From: Chamaesiphon sp.
GTDB lineage: Bacteria; Cyanobacteriota; Cyanobacteriia; Cyanobacteriales; Chamaesiphonaceae
Reading direction: 5' to 3'
Assembly (NCBI GenBank): GCA_965246715.1
Contig: CBDFFH010000038.1
Location: forward strand, 32,001-96,000
Length of the DNA stretch: 64,000 bases
Each line of letters starts with the position of its first letter. The first letter of the stretch is position 1. Position numbers and translations under genes: made by a program. Shown piece by piece: positions 20,963 through 31,097 of the stretch. Under the pieces are notes generated by a model that had not been told where the DNA came from, searched no databases, and saw only the letters and a list, made by a program, of their open reading frames with translations.

Positions 20963-21439
20963 CTAGAAATGCAAGCGACGTTTTCGGTACTTGTTGCTGT
21001 CCCCGCGCTCGGTCTTTGCTGCCAGTGCTGTTAATTCGTCTACATAATTCATAATTCGATTGGATAGACGAATATTTCCTCGGCGAGCATATAATTCTGC
21101 TGCTTCGATGAGATCGGCAATACTGCTTTTGCGGTCATTTACATCCCATTTGATACAGCCGCGATAGTAGTAAGCGATCGCATACTTAGGATCGATCTCG
21201 ATTGCCCGATCGAGATCGGCAATAGCTCCACTGCCATCGAATAAGTCGAATTTTACGATGCTCCGCTGATAGTAAGCGATCGCATATTTAGGATCGATGG
21301 CGATCGCGCGATCGAGATCGGCCATCGCGGCTTGATGATTTTGTAACTGTAAGTTGTAAGTGCCTCGCTCGCAGTAAGCATTCGCATCGTTAGGATCTAA
21401 GGCGATCCTCTGATTGAGTGTCGTGATTGTTAGCATCAT
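20963..21439 (-). CDS. Tetratricopeptide repeat protein
   Basis: Repeated ADLDRAIxIDPKYAIAYY units. Confidence 0.88.
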   Translation of the reverse strand: MMLTITTLNQRIALDPNDANAYCERGTYNLQLQNHQAAMADLDRAIAIDPKYAIAYYQRSIVKFDLFDGSGAIADLDRAIEIDPKYAIAYYYRGCIKWDVNDRKSSIADLIEAAELYARRGNIRLSNRIMNYVDELTALAAKTERGDSNKYRKRRLHF

Positions 21440-22070
21440 TTAAATTCTCTCTATATATCGATCGGATATCCAATTTGATTCGATTTGCTTTGAAAATCAA
21501 CAACATATACAACAACTATTTAATCTATTAGCAGTGATGTGTCCGATATTTAGTCGCTTAGATTTGTGGGGTAACCTATTAAATCACAACAAAATGAGGA
21601 ACGCATGAGGATAACGTACCGATCGAGGCCAAAGTATCAAATCGCTGCTGATGCTACGCAATTACATTCAGGATCGATTTTACACCAGCGATAAAAATTA
21701 AGTTTAAACATAGAATCGATCGAGCCGATTTATCCGTAAGTTATAATAGATGTATCCAAAAAATCATTGCCTGTAACTTATTGGCAGACAATCTGGCGAT
21801 CGAAATTGTGAAGCAATGTCGAGCCAAGAACAGCATCGATCGAGCTAATAAACTAATTATTTAGTGAGTACTAAGTTGTGACAATTACCAAGCGAGCGTA
21901 ATGACAAACGGCCGCTGTGGCAAGTGGATAACCTAGTCTAACTCCGAGCGAATATCGATCTCCTAGAGCAGTTAATCGATGACATCGAAGTTGTTCGCCA
22001 AATCGCTGAATGATTATTTTGCTTGGAAGCAGCATGCAGGATTTCTATTAATATCTGCGGGGAGGTTATC

Positions 22071-22304
22071 ATGACACAGGTTAGTGTATCCCAATTTTTA
22101 GCAGCCACAGCACAAGATAAAAATCTGAACGAAAAACTCAAAGCTGCAACGACAATTCAAGGTTGTATCGAGATTGCCGAAAGTTGTGGTTACAAATTCT
22201 CTAGCAAAGAATTTAGTGCAGAGCTTGACAAACTATCTGATGAAACTTTAGCAAAACTCGTCAATCCCGGGGTTGCGCCGCGCCGTCACATCAAGCCACA
22301 TTAA
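22071..22304 (+). CDS. Nif11-like leader peptide family precursor (77 aa)
   Basis: GGAGG RBS before the ATG. FLxxxxQDxxLxEKLKAA...IAESCGYKFS...KLSDETL is a Nif11 leader pattern. Confidence 0.88.
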   Translation: MTQVSVSQFLAATAQDKNLNEKLKAATTIQGCIEIAESCGYKFSSKEFSAELDKLSDETLAKLVNPGVAPRRHIKPH

Positions 22305-22352
22305 ACTCGCATTTTCGCGATCGATAATTGATTCGCTGAGGAATCCGATTCG

Positions 22353-22378
22353 GTGCTGGCTGAGATAATTGCCAGCAC
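22353..22378. terminator. Hairpin between the convergent Nif11 and radical SAM genes
   Basis: GTGCTGGC...GCCAGCAC, 8-bp stem. Confidence 0.4.
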
Positions 22379-22388
22379 GATCGCTCCT

Positions 22389-24020
22389 TTAGCGAATGCT
22401 CGGAGTTTCATTACTTTCAAGGTGCTGGGATTCCGCTGACACTGCCGATTGGGCTGCCTGCGGCGGTAAGGTAATTACCGTCAGTGGGTCATAACCTAGC
22501 TGCTGAGTAATCCGTTCTCTAGCTAACACGCGGTACTCCCAAAAATGTTCGCCAGCAGCACACAAACCCAAATATAGATCGAACACCTCTGGCTTTTTGA
22601 GTAAAATCGTCCATAATTGCTGCCAAAACTGAAAGCGAATTTCCGACCGCTGCCAGCCCTGAAGCCAAATTAGCCGTGAGAGCAGCATTAGCCCCTTGGT
22701 TAGTGACAATTGCCGTGCCTGCTTGCGTCGTCTGGGCACAGCAATCGCGAGGCATTGCCGAAAACAGCGTCTGAGATAATTACTGGGTTCGTACAGCGTC
22801 CAAAATCCCTCGACATAATCCTGGGCAATTTCATCGATGGAGCGGGTGGGGATGAAATTCATCAAGTTATTTTGGTCGCCCACCAGATTTAGCTCACTAT
22901 CGTCTACCAACCGCTGCTCCCGTTCTAGACGGTGCCATAAAGCAGTATTCGGTAACGCTTGCAGGATGCCTAGCATCGGTTGTGGAATGCTCGTTTGTTC
23001 GACAAAAGCTTGAATCCGCGCTCCTGCACCCGCACGTTCGCCATCAAACCCGAGGATAAACCCGGCATAGATCAGCAGTCCAGCTTGATTGATTTTGCCA
23101 CAGGCTTCAGCTAGGGGATGACGGGTATTTTGGAGTTTTTGGGTTACTTCCAGGCTATCTCGATCGGGTGTTTCGATCCCGAGAAACACTGCATAAAAAC
23201 CAGCTTCCTGCATTAATTGCAACAGTTCCTCATCTTCGGCCAAATTCACCGAAGCTTCCGTGATAAAGGTGAATGGATAATCGTGTTGCTGCATCCATGG
23301 AATCAATTCGCGCAGGAACAGTTTGACATTACGCTGGTTGCCAATAAAGTTATCATCGACGATAAATAGCGAGCCGCGCCAGCCGAGATCGTATAAATTT
23401 TGCAACTCGGCGATTGCTTGGTGGGGCGTTTTCGTGCGGGATTTACGACCGTAAAGGACGATGATGTCGCAAAATTCACAGTTAAACGGACAACCGCGTG
23501 AAAACTGGATTGCCATCATTAAATAGGCATTGCGATCGAGCAGATCGAAACGCGGCATCGGGCTGTGGGTAACGTCTGGCTTCTCCTCTGAGCGGAAAAT
23601 TCCGCTTTCTGAGCCATCGTTCAGAGCTGCTAAAAATTGGGGGATCGTCAACTCTCCTTCATCTAAAACTAGATAATGCGCTCCAGAGTCGAGCGCAGGT
23701 TGCGGTGTTGAAGTGGGATAAGGGCCACCAACTGCCACTTTTTTGCCTAAGCTTACTGCTTTGTGAGTTAAGGCATGAAAATCTGGTTTTTGGACTAGCA
23801 TTGCTGACAGGATTACTAAGTCACACCACGCCCAATCAGCATCTGTTTCGAGGTTGACATTCCGATCGTAAAATCTAATTTCCCAGTCTTGGGGCAGTAA
23901 TGCGGCAACTGTAATAATTCCCAATGGCGGCAAGACGGCTTTTAATCCGGCAATTTCCATAAAGCGATCGTAAGACCAAAAAGACTGTGGAAACTGCGGG
24001 TATAGCAATAGTGCTTTCAT
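22389..24020 (-). CDS. B12-binding domain radical SAM protein (class B-like, DUF4070-type C-terminus)
   Basis: N-terminal cobalamin-binding region (PPLG, VGGPY); SRGCPFNCEFC (CxxxCxxC). ATG at 24032 is an alternative start. Confidence 0.92.
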   Translation of the reverse strand: MKALLLYPQFPQSFWSYDRFMEIAGLKAVLPPLGIITVAALLPQDWEIRFYDRNVNLETDADWAWCDLVILSAMLVQKPDFHALTHKAVSLGKKVAVGGPYPTSTPQPALDSGAHYLVLDEGELTIPQFLAALNDGSESGIFRSEEKPDVTHSPMPRFDLLDRNAYLMMAIQFSRGCPFNCEFCDIIVLYGRKSRTKTPHQAIAELQNLYDLGWRGSLFIVDDNFIGNQRNVKLFLRELIPWMQQHDYPFTFITEASVNLAEDEELLQLMQEAGFYAVFLGIETPDRDSLEVTQKLQNTRHPLAEACGKINQAGLLIYAGFILGFDGERAGAGARIQAFVEQTSIPQPMLGILQALPNTALWHRLEREQRLVDDSELNLVGDQNNLMNFIPTRSIDEIAQDYVEGFWTLYEPSNYLRRCFRQCLAIAVPRRRKQARQLSLTKGLMLLSRLIWLQGWQRSEIRFQFWQQLWTILLKKPEVFDLYLGLCAAGEHFWEYRVLARERITQQLGYDPLTVITLPPQAAQSAVSAESQHLESNETPSIR

Positions 24021-24941
24021 GGTATTCTCCACAACTAATAATGTAGATACTTACAGATGAGCGTTCTAGCGATCGAAAAAACACAGGAGTCAAAGTCAAC
24101 TTTCGACATTCAACCGACTCCTACATCTTCAACTAAACCACTCTATCTATTTTTAGAGGCAACTCAACCTTGATACCACTCGACTACACTTGGGAAATGA
24201 CGATCGGTTCTAGCAATGAGTCAACCTCAATCCCTCCTACTAATTTAATCTAGCTAAATTTTAATATGTAGATAATCGGATAGTAAGAGTTAAATATATA
24301 TTTATATTACGACAGATCATCGATCTTTAAAACAGTAATCTGACCGAACTTATGGTGAAAAGATCGGTATCTATACTAATACGTAGCAATAAACATACAT
24401 GGAACCCGAGTAATAAATTTTATCTTACACAAAAAAATAGTTAATGTTATAATCATGCTGAAATTTTAGCAATCTGCATAAGTTCTTGACCTTACTTTAG
24501 TTCGATCTATTAACAATCGAATCGAGCAGAGCTTCAAGGGTGCAGGAATATTATTAAAAATAAGTTAAATCTATTTAAAAAAATAGTACGCGATCGATCT
24601 GTACCTGTCGCAATTGAGAATTTTTTAGCCCAGACGGTTATCGATGGAGTAGTTGCGCTCGACTCGTTCCAGTCGATCGTTACCGATCGCAGCGCAAATT
24701 AGAACTGGTGACGATCGCGAGTGAGTAGTTGTGACAGCACCAAGGATTCCAAATCAAGGTGAGTGTCGATCGAAATCAGCGATGGCTTTGCAGATGCTGA
24801 AGTCCCGCACTAGCGTGTGTTTTCTGCTAAAATCTGATGACGATCGATTGCTGTCGGTATCGCTACCCCAGCAATCGACGAGCCTATCGAGTTATTCGTT
24901 AAGATCGCAATACCTTGCAGATCGCGAACTAACGATCGGAT

Positions 24942-24973
24942 GCGATTCTCTTTCAGAGAGGCTCCGCCAACGC
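24942..24973. repeat. 24-nt SDR5-like element inserted into a HIP1 site
   Basis: GCGAT[TCTCTTTCAGAGAGGCTCCGCCAA]CGC; removing the insert restores GCGATCGC. Confidence 0.7.
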
Positions 24974-24992
24974 CAGAGAGAATTCAAGAAGT

Positions 24993-26795
24993 ATGAATGC
25001 AACTACCAAGCAACGCCAGTCGATGCAAGTCCCCAAATTACTGGCAGATCACCTCCGCTGGGTGGTGGTATTGGCAAAGTTGCGCCAGATCGGGGGTAAA
25101 GAACATCGCTATCCGATCGAGCAACTAGTCACAGATTTGCAATTGGGCGCGCTATTTCCGCAGCCGACAGGCGAATTGACTCGCGAACCAGTTATCGGGA
25201 TTACCAAGAAAGGCTGGGAGATTTGGTTTTGTGGCAAATCGGTAGATAAAGGCGAAAGTCCACTCAATTCGATCTATCAATGTCGCAGTTTCTACGGCTT
25301 GGATGCACCGAATAATCTGCTACAACGATTGAATAAACTCCTAGAGATCGCGATCGATCGCAATAAAACAATCGAACCCGAAGCTAGACGTGGGAAAAAA
25401 GATAGTAAATACGATCGCTATCTGGAACAGTGGGGCGACTATGCCCTCGATTTAGTCGCGTTTAATGGCGGGTGGGAGAGCTTTAGCACGAAAGCAAACT
25501 TGGCGGATGTGCGGGATTTGTGGGTGGGAGTCCAAGCACCACTAATAGAACTGACGGGAGCAGATCGAGATTCATTAATTCAACGCATTATTTATCTCGA
25601 TAGCGATCGCTATATCCAGATCGTTACCACGGCAATCGGCTCGCTATACCCGCTGTGGTTCTTCAAATCGCAAGCGCGCAAAGAATTACTCGATCGCATC
25701 GCCATCCAAGATCGCGGCATGAAAAAAGCCCTACCCAAACGCGATTTATATATCGATGTCAACACTCAAATCGGACAGATGGCGGGTTTACCCTATCCAT
25801 TTGGGGTTGCTGATGAAATGCTGGCTTATTGCTGGGATATAGACATCAAAGAGGTAGCCACTCACTTACCCGAAGCTGCTTGGAGTCCGAGTGCGATTCA
25901 ATCGATCGCTAGAGAATTACAAAATGAATATTGGAGTCCGCCGCTGTTATTTACGATGTGGGGCGATGAGTTTCCCCTACCTGATGACGACAAACATAAT
26001 TATTCGATTCCATTCATTACACTGACACAAGGTGGCGATAAATTTGGCGCACTTTATCAACGGATCGATACTAGCGAAAAGCCATTAACCGCGCTCACGA
26101 TCGGGATTGAAGCGCAAACATACGGTGAAAAAATCCTCGATCGTCTGGCAATTGCGAAAATAACTATCCCAGCACAATATATCTGCAACCGCAGCCAAAT
26201 TCTCACGGATCGACTGGAACTCGATACGATCGCTAGTTATTTCCCGATCGATCTCTTACTTCAAGTAAATCCCAATTATCAGCAATTAACTACAGCGGAT
26301 CTCTATCAACGTTGGGGTAAGATCGGCGATGCCTTTAACTATACCTGCCCGCAACTAGTACTAGCTGGGGGGATGTTTCTTGCCAGACAAGCCAAGGCAA
26401 CCGATCTGATTATCGATCTGGGATTGTATCTGCATAATGTGGAGTTATTAATTCGCAATCTCCGCCCGGAATGGGACTCGATCGAGCGGTATTTTCCGCA
26501 ATTAGCTAGTAACGATCTAGTCGAAAAACAAGCAGCAGCGCAGTCGATAATGGAGGCTTGTCAGGTCGTCGCCAAGAAAAGTAAATTGGTTAAAGGTGGC
26601 GAGCTTGTCGGTGCGAATGCGATCGCCGAAATATTGAGAGCGGTAGCATTGGAGATGGTAACTGCGTTGGTTCCGGTTGGCTCGGAGAAGTATCGAGAAT
26701 GTGTGGAGCAGATCGATGACTGGGCGTGGGCAAAGCTCTTAGAATCGGTTCGCTCTACATCGGTATATATTGCTGGTGAGTTGTTTACTGGTTAA
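24993..26795 (+). CDS. Hypothetical protein, 600 aa
   Basis: Long ORF with native HIP1 density; no motif recognised. Confidence 0.8.
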   Translation: MNATTKQRQSMQVPKLLADHLRWVVVLAKLRQIGGKEHRYPIEQLVTDLQLGALFPQPTGELTREPVIGITKKGWEIWFCGKSVDKGESPLNSIYQCRSFYGLDAPNNLLQRLNKLLEIAIDRNKTIEPEARRGKKDSKYDRYLEQWGDYALDLVAFNGGWESFSTKANLADVRDLWVGVQAPLIELTGADRDSLIQRIIYLDSDRYIQIVTTAIGSLYPLWFFKSQARKELLDRIAIQDRGMKKALPKRDLYIDVNTQIGQMAGLPYPFGVADEMLAYCWDIDIKEVATHLPEAAWSPSAIQSIARELQNEYWSPPLLFTMWGDEFPLPDDDKHNYSIPFITLTQGGDKFGALYQRIDTSEKPLTALTIGIEAQTYGEKILDRLAIAKITIPAQYICNRSQILTDRLELDTIASYFPIDLLLQVNPNYQQLTTADLYQRWGKIGDAFNYTCPQLVLAGGMFLARQAKATDLIIDLGLYLHNVELLIRNLRPEWDSIERYFPQLASNDLVEKQAAAQSIMEACQVVAKKSKLVKGGELVGANAIAEILRAVALEMVTALVPVGSEKYRECVEQIDDWAWAKLLESVRSTSVYIAGELFTG

Positions 26796-27119
26796 TAACG
26801 ATCGTCGATATTCTAATAGCAGCTCGATCGATTTCTAGCGCTTCAGCCTACGCGATCGCGCGCTGCTAATCATCTAAAAGTTACGATAAATGTCAAGTGT
26901 TACTGCTTTACATTATTCCGCATTAGCAAGAGCTAATATTTAACCATAATAAATTACTTATTCCACTTCAAATGACCGAAAAAGATAAATTTCAACGTTT
27001 TTTACCCGATCGAGAATCAGATAAACTTTCTTTTGATATTTAGCTCTCGCCGAAAGATCGATCGCGGTTACTTTAGAACTGATAATGGCAGCGAGTGAAT
27101 ATATTTACTGAAATTATCA

Positions 27120-28049
27120 TCAATCGAGTTTCAGCCAACCAGCACCTTGATGACCGCAATTACAAACCTGTGGATGCATGATTTCGGCAAGAATTTCTAG
27201 AGATTCGACCAATCGGGGGCCGGGACGGTTGAAATAGGCGTTACCATCGGTGATGTAGACTCGATCGAGTTTCACCGCCTCTAAACTCTGCCATTGTGGA
27301 TGTTGAGTGAGTGGCATGACTTCCTGATGCGTGCGATCGAGATCGAACCCACAAGGCATGAAAATAATTATATCGGGATTGGCTGCGATTAATTCATCCC
27401 AACTAATTCGGGGTGAATGCTGTCCGGCAATGCCCCCAATTGGTTTGCCACCAGCCAGCTCGACTAGTTCGGGAATCCAATTTCCGGCTAGCATCAATGG
27501 TTCCGTCCACTCGATACAAGCGACTTTTGGGGGTGGCGACGGGAGATTGTGACATTTGGCCGCACAGTCGCTAACTCGCGATTTGAGCGCTGCAACAACC
27601 TGTTGCCAGTCAACATTTAAGGTCTCGCCTACCCGTTGGATATCGGCCCAAACATCCGCGATCGTATCTGGTTGTAACGAGATAATCTGAGGATGACTAT
27701 TGGTTAATTTAGCAACCGCTTTTTCCACTTCCGGGAAACTCACCGCACAAACATCGCACTGGTCTTGGGTGATGATATGCGTCGGCTGTAATTGCGTCAG
27801 GACATCGAGTTTAATTTCGTAGATACTCAATGCTGTTTGCAGGAGTTTATCTACCTCTCGATCGATTTCACCACTCGATCGATCGATATGCAGTCGTGCT
27901 GCGGTACATATCGCCCGATTTTGAATTTCGGGCGGATAGTCGCATTCATGGGAAATTCCCACCAAGCTATCGGTCAAACCCAGACAGGTAATGATTTCGG
28001 TGGCACTAGGTAAGAGCGAAACTAGCCGGAGCGATGCTGGTTGAGTCAT
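27120..28049 (-). CDS. Cobalamin/Fe-siderophore-type substrate-binding protein (BtuF-like)
   Basis: RLVSLLPSATEI, GISHECDYP, PCGFDL, FNRPGPRLVESLEILAE. Confidence 0.85.
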   Translation of the reverse strand: MTQPASLRLVSLLPSATEIITCLGLTDSLVGISHECDYPPEIQNRAICTAARLHIDRSSGEIDREVDKLLQTALSIYEIKLDVLTQLQPTHIITQDQCDVCAVSFPEVEKAVAKLTNSHPQIISLQPDTIADVWADIQRVGETLNVDWQQVVAALKSRVSDCAAKCHNLPSPPPKVACIEWTEPLMLAGNWIPELVELAGGKPIGGIAGQHSPRISWDELIAANPDIIIFMPCGFDLDRTHQEVMPLTQHPQWQSLEAVKLDRVYITDGNAYFNRPGPRLVESLEILAEIMHPQVCNCGHQGAGWLKLD

Positions 28050-28390
28050 AAATTAGGTTTGGTAACAGCTCCGCAACTTCAGGAAATTGCCCAGCGATCG
28101 GCACTAGCTTGATACTTTTAGTTTCTCGCTCTACAACAAATTTGTTCGATCGAGTATCAGATTTAAGTATTAGTGAATAAAAACTTATTGTCAAGCTTTC
28201 ATTTTCCGCACAAAGTCTTTACCAATCCAAAATTAGATTGAAACTCAATGTATATCTGTTGGCTGGACGGAAGATTTAAGGATCTCCTGCATCTAGTCCC
28301 GTAACTGGCAGTTATAAAAATGCCAACTATCAAAGCAAGATAACAGCGATGCAGGAAATTCATACTCAGTTAAAGTGGAACCAGAGATGA

Positions 28391-28837
28391 CTATTTTTTA
28401 TCAAAGAAACCTTTGACGTTATCGACTAAGTCACCACCTTTTTCTGCAGCTTTTATGCCCGCTCCTTTACCGAGCTTTTCAGTTTCGTTCAGTTTATTGG
28501 ACATGTCTTTAGTGGTATATTCGACCGTTGGTTTGACTCGATCGATATCTTGACTGGAACGATCTGGATCGATTTTTTGAGTACCATGAGGTTGGGCACC
28601 AAATTGCGTATTTTTTTTATCGATCGTCCCTTTCTCCTCCAGATCTAGTTGCCCTTGAACCTGCTCGGCCATTTTAGCGGCATTAGTTGTCAGTAAAAAC
28701 GAACTGTGCAGCTCGGACGCGATCGCATTACCTGCAAAACTAAAATAAGCTGCTTGAAATAATAAAGTAACGGCTAACAGACCACCAACTATGGTAGTTA
28801 ATGCGCGTTTAATCGTGCTAAACAAATTGAATTTCAT
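28391..28837 (-). CDS. Hypothetical exported/membrane-anchored hydrophilic protein (CsbD/LEA-like tail)
   Basis: Signal/TM N-terminus, charged body, ends in DNVKGFFDKK. Confidence 0.75.
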   Translation of the reverse strand: MKFNLFSTIKRALTTIVGGLLAVTLLFQAAYFSFAGNAIASELHSSFLLTTNAAKMAEQVQGQLDLEEKGTIDKKNTQFGAQPHGTQKIDPDRSSQDIDRVKPTVEYTTKDMSNKLNETEKLGKGAGIKAAEKGGDLVDNVKGFFDKK

Positions 28838-29152
28838 CGAGACTTTCTCCGTTAGAGTGAATACTTAACAGTTATATTGCTAAATATCGCGCCACTGGAT
28901 CGCCCAATCGCAGTAAATCGATCGTTTTATGTTACATCCAAATTTATCTCGATCGGGAGATAGTGGAGAATATATATTTGTTATTTGTCACATATTTCAG
29001 CGCACGATCCAAACTCTCTCTCCCGATCGATAGAGATCCTAATTTATATAGGAGAATTCTGTAGCTCGATCGACATAATTAGAAATGGCTCTTTTAGAGG
29101 ATAGATTAATTTGTTAATTACGATACATTAGTAACTATCAACACTAATCCGA

Positions 29153-29524
29153 GTGCTAAATTTTATGAGGATCGAGGATCGAGCTAACGATGCCCCAGGA
29201 CAAGTGCCAGACGCAGCTAATGAATCGTCCGTAACTTCAACCGATCGCGACGCTAAGCAATCAGACTCACAAAGTCACGATCGGGCTGAAGAGTCGGACT
29301 CGGCATCGCCAACCGCTGTTGTCACGATTCAAGACAGGTGCAAAGAATTTAAAGAAAATCTCACACCCAGCTTCCAAGAAATTGAAGCTCCAAACACTAA
29401 GTTGGCTACTACTAGCACTAAAGTAGAGGAGTTGAAATCTGAAATCGAAGCCAACTCCGAGCAAATGTTCGCTCCCAGTAAGAATAATTCTTCAGAAGAG
29501 AGTTCTGTGCACAAAGTAAATTAG
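29153..29524 (+). CDS. Hypothetical low-complexity hydrophilic protein
   Basis: 123-aa S/E/T-rich ORF filling the gap; ATG at 29165 is an alternative start. Confidence 0.5.
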   Translation: MLNFMRIEDRANDAPGQVPDAANESSVTSTDRDAKQSDSQSHDRAEESDSASPTAVVTIQDRCKEFKENLTPSFQEIEAPNTKLATTSTKVEELKSEIEANSEQMFAPSKNNSSEESSVHKVN

Positions 29525-29575
29525 TTAGTTATGCAATCCGAGCAAAACTTCTAAATCATTTGCGATTTCAGCTAA

Positions 29576-29815
29576 TTACAAACCGAAACCGCCACCTAGA
29601 TCGCTAATGTCGATCGACAAAGATTCTCCACTTTGCCGGTCTTTTTCTTGTCTGAGGCGATCGCGCATCTGTTCATATTCGCGCTCGGATTGGACTAGGG
29701 CTTGCTTTTTAGCATCAGGTAAGATTTCACTAGAAATTGGTTCCCGACAGTTACTACAGTAGCCTAACCTTAGTACCAAAATTGGCGACTCGCATTTTTG
29801 ACATCTGTATCCCAT
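29576..29815 (-). CDS. Small zinc-ribbon hypothetical protein
   Basis: CQKC...CSNC followed by a charged helix. Confidence 0.65.
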   Translation of the reverse strand: MGYRCQKCESPILVLRLGYCSNCREPISSEILPDAKKQALVQSEREYEQMRDRLRQEKDRQSGESLSIDISDLGGGFGL

Positions 29816-29969
29816 TGTTATAACTAATTAGCAAAAAAGTGACTGAGTTAGGCAAGATTGCTATTTACTCGGGTATATTATCCCATAAAATTATCTGATT
29901 TTTACAGTGAGTCGCGATCGGCTTAGATCGGCTCTTAGCAAGCCAATCATCTCAACTCGCAAGCCGATC

Positions 29970-30737
29970 TTACCCAGTTACGGGATCGAGCCAACGCAAG
30001 ATTTCGCGCTTGAGTTGCTGAAGATCCCGCTGAATTTCCTGTTCGATCCATTGCCCGATCGCATCAAATGGGGTGAAAATTTGTGGATTGAATTGCCAGC
30101 GTAAACTTTGACCCAACGGAGTAAGATGGTTGCCATTAATAATCCGCGTCGAAATCGTGTCTGGGAAAATTTTAGTTAATGTCTGCCCCAATGTATAAGA
30201 TTGGTCGATCGTATCATCTTTAAACTTAACGATCAAATTGCGTGGTACATCATAATAATTGGCGATCGAATCGAGTGTTTGTTGGGGACTGGGAGTAAAC
30301 TCCATATTAAATTCTTGTGGCATTTGCCCCATAAATGGCACGGCATCGCGAGCCGCAAAATTATTAAACGAAATCAAAATATTTCCCGCTCGTTTGACAT
30401 CGTACAGACTGCCGATCAGTAGATGTAGCTTGCAACCCATACTATGTCCGACTCCATAAATCGGCAGATGACGCTGTGGTAGATAGCGACGATCTTGGAG
30501 CAACTCTAGTGTATCTTCAAACCGATTATAGACTTCACTCGCAATCGATCGATGATCGAAAGTATTGATAAACGGTGTAGCAACGATCGCATAGCCTTGG
30601 TTTGCGAGATCTTCTAACAATAATCGATAGGTAATCTGTGGTGCCGCCGCGACAAAGGCACCCCCCAAAAAATGTAACACTGCTTGCGGCTGGCGCGGAA
30701 TATAAACCCAATTACCAGAAACTTCTTGCCAATACAT
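29970..30737 (-). CDS. DUF1350-family alpha/beta-hydrolase-like protein
   Basis: HFLGGAFVAAAPQITY, GVGHSMGCKLH, GNHLTP. Confidence 0.88.
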   Translation of the reverse strand: MYWQEVSGNWVYIPRQPQAVLHFLGGAFVAAAPQITYRLLLEDLANQGYAIVATPFINTFDHRSIASEVYNRFEDTLELLQDRRYLPQRHLPIYGVGHSMGCKLHLLIGSLYDVKRAGNILISFNNFAARDAVPFMGQMPQEFNMEFTPSPQQTLDSIANYYDVPRNLIVKFKDDTIDQSYTLGQTLTKIFPDTISTRIINGNHLTPLGQSLRWQFNPQIFTPFDAIGQWIEQEIQRDLQQLKREILRWLDPVTG

Positions 30738-30797
30738 TTAAGAAATTATGAATTATAAATTAAATTATCATCCTGACTAGCGATGAGCTACTAGCCA

Positions 30798-31097
30798 CTA
30801 AAAATAACCAAAAAAGCTATCGTAATCGAGATCGCTATCGTCGTTATTTTGGGAAGCGCGATCTGCAAATTCATTGGGAGTACGCTCGTTACTCCATCCC
30901 CACCAGGCTTTACCGCACTGGCAATGATAAAATTCTTGCCACTTGCGGCGGCGATTTTCGAGCAATACTGGAGAGCGCCGATTGATCCAAGCAGTCGTTG
31001 CTTCTGTAGAGGTAGCACGACAGCTCGGGCAGCAAAACTCTTGCGCGTGAATTGCTTGTTCGGTCCAATCTGGTGGTGTCAGGCTAAAAGCTTCCAT
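30798..31097 (-). CDS. Conserved cyanobacterial zinc-ribbon protein
   Basis: CCPSC...WINRRSPV...CQCGKAWWGWS. Confidence 0.8.
   Translation of the reverse strand: MEAFSLTPPDWTEQAIHAQEFCCPSCRATSTEATTAWINRRSPVLLENRRRKWQEFYHCQCGKAWWGWSNERTPNEFADRASQNNDDSDLDYDSFFGYF

Noticed and set aside
21165..21325. Near-identical DNA repeats 102 nt apart
   Set aside because: Ordinary TPR unit duplication.
22389..24032. Naming the radical SAM gene hpnP
   Set aside because: The architecture is shared by several paralogous clades and there are no hopanoid genes nearby; a phylogeny is needed.
24731..25099. 122-aa ORF overlapping the orphan's start
   Set aside because: No recognisable features, overlaps the longer ORF in another frame, and includes a repeat insertion.
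28050..28390. Possible cobalamin riboswitch upstream of the BtuF-like gene
   Set aside because: No B12-box or GGGAA/ACTG core recognised; only a TCCTGCATC/GATGCAGGA stem after the neighbouring gene.
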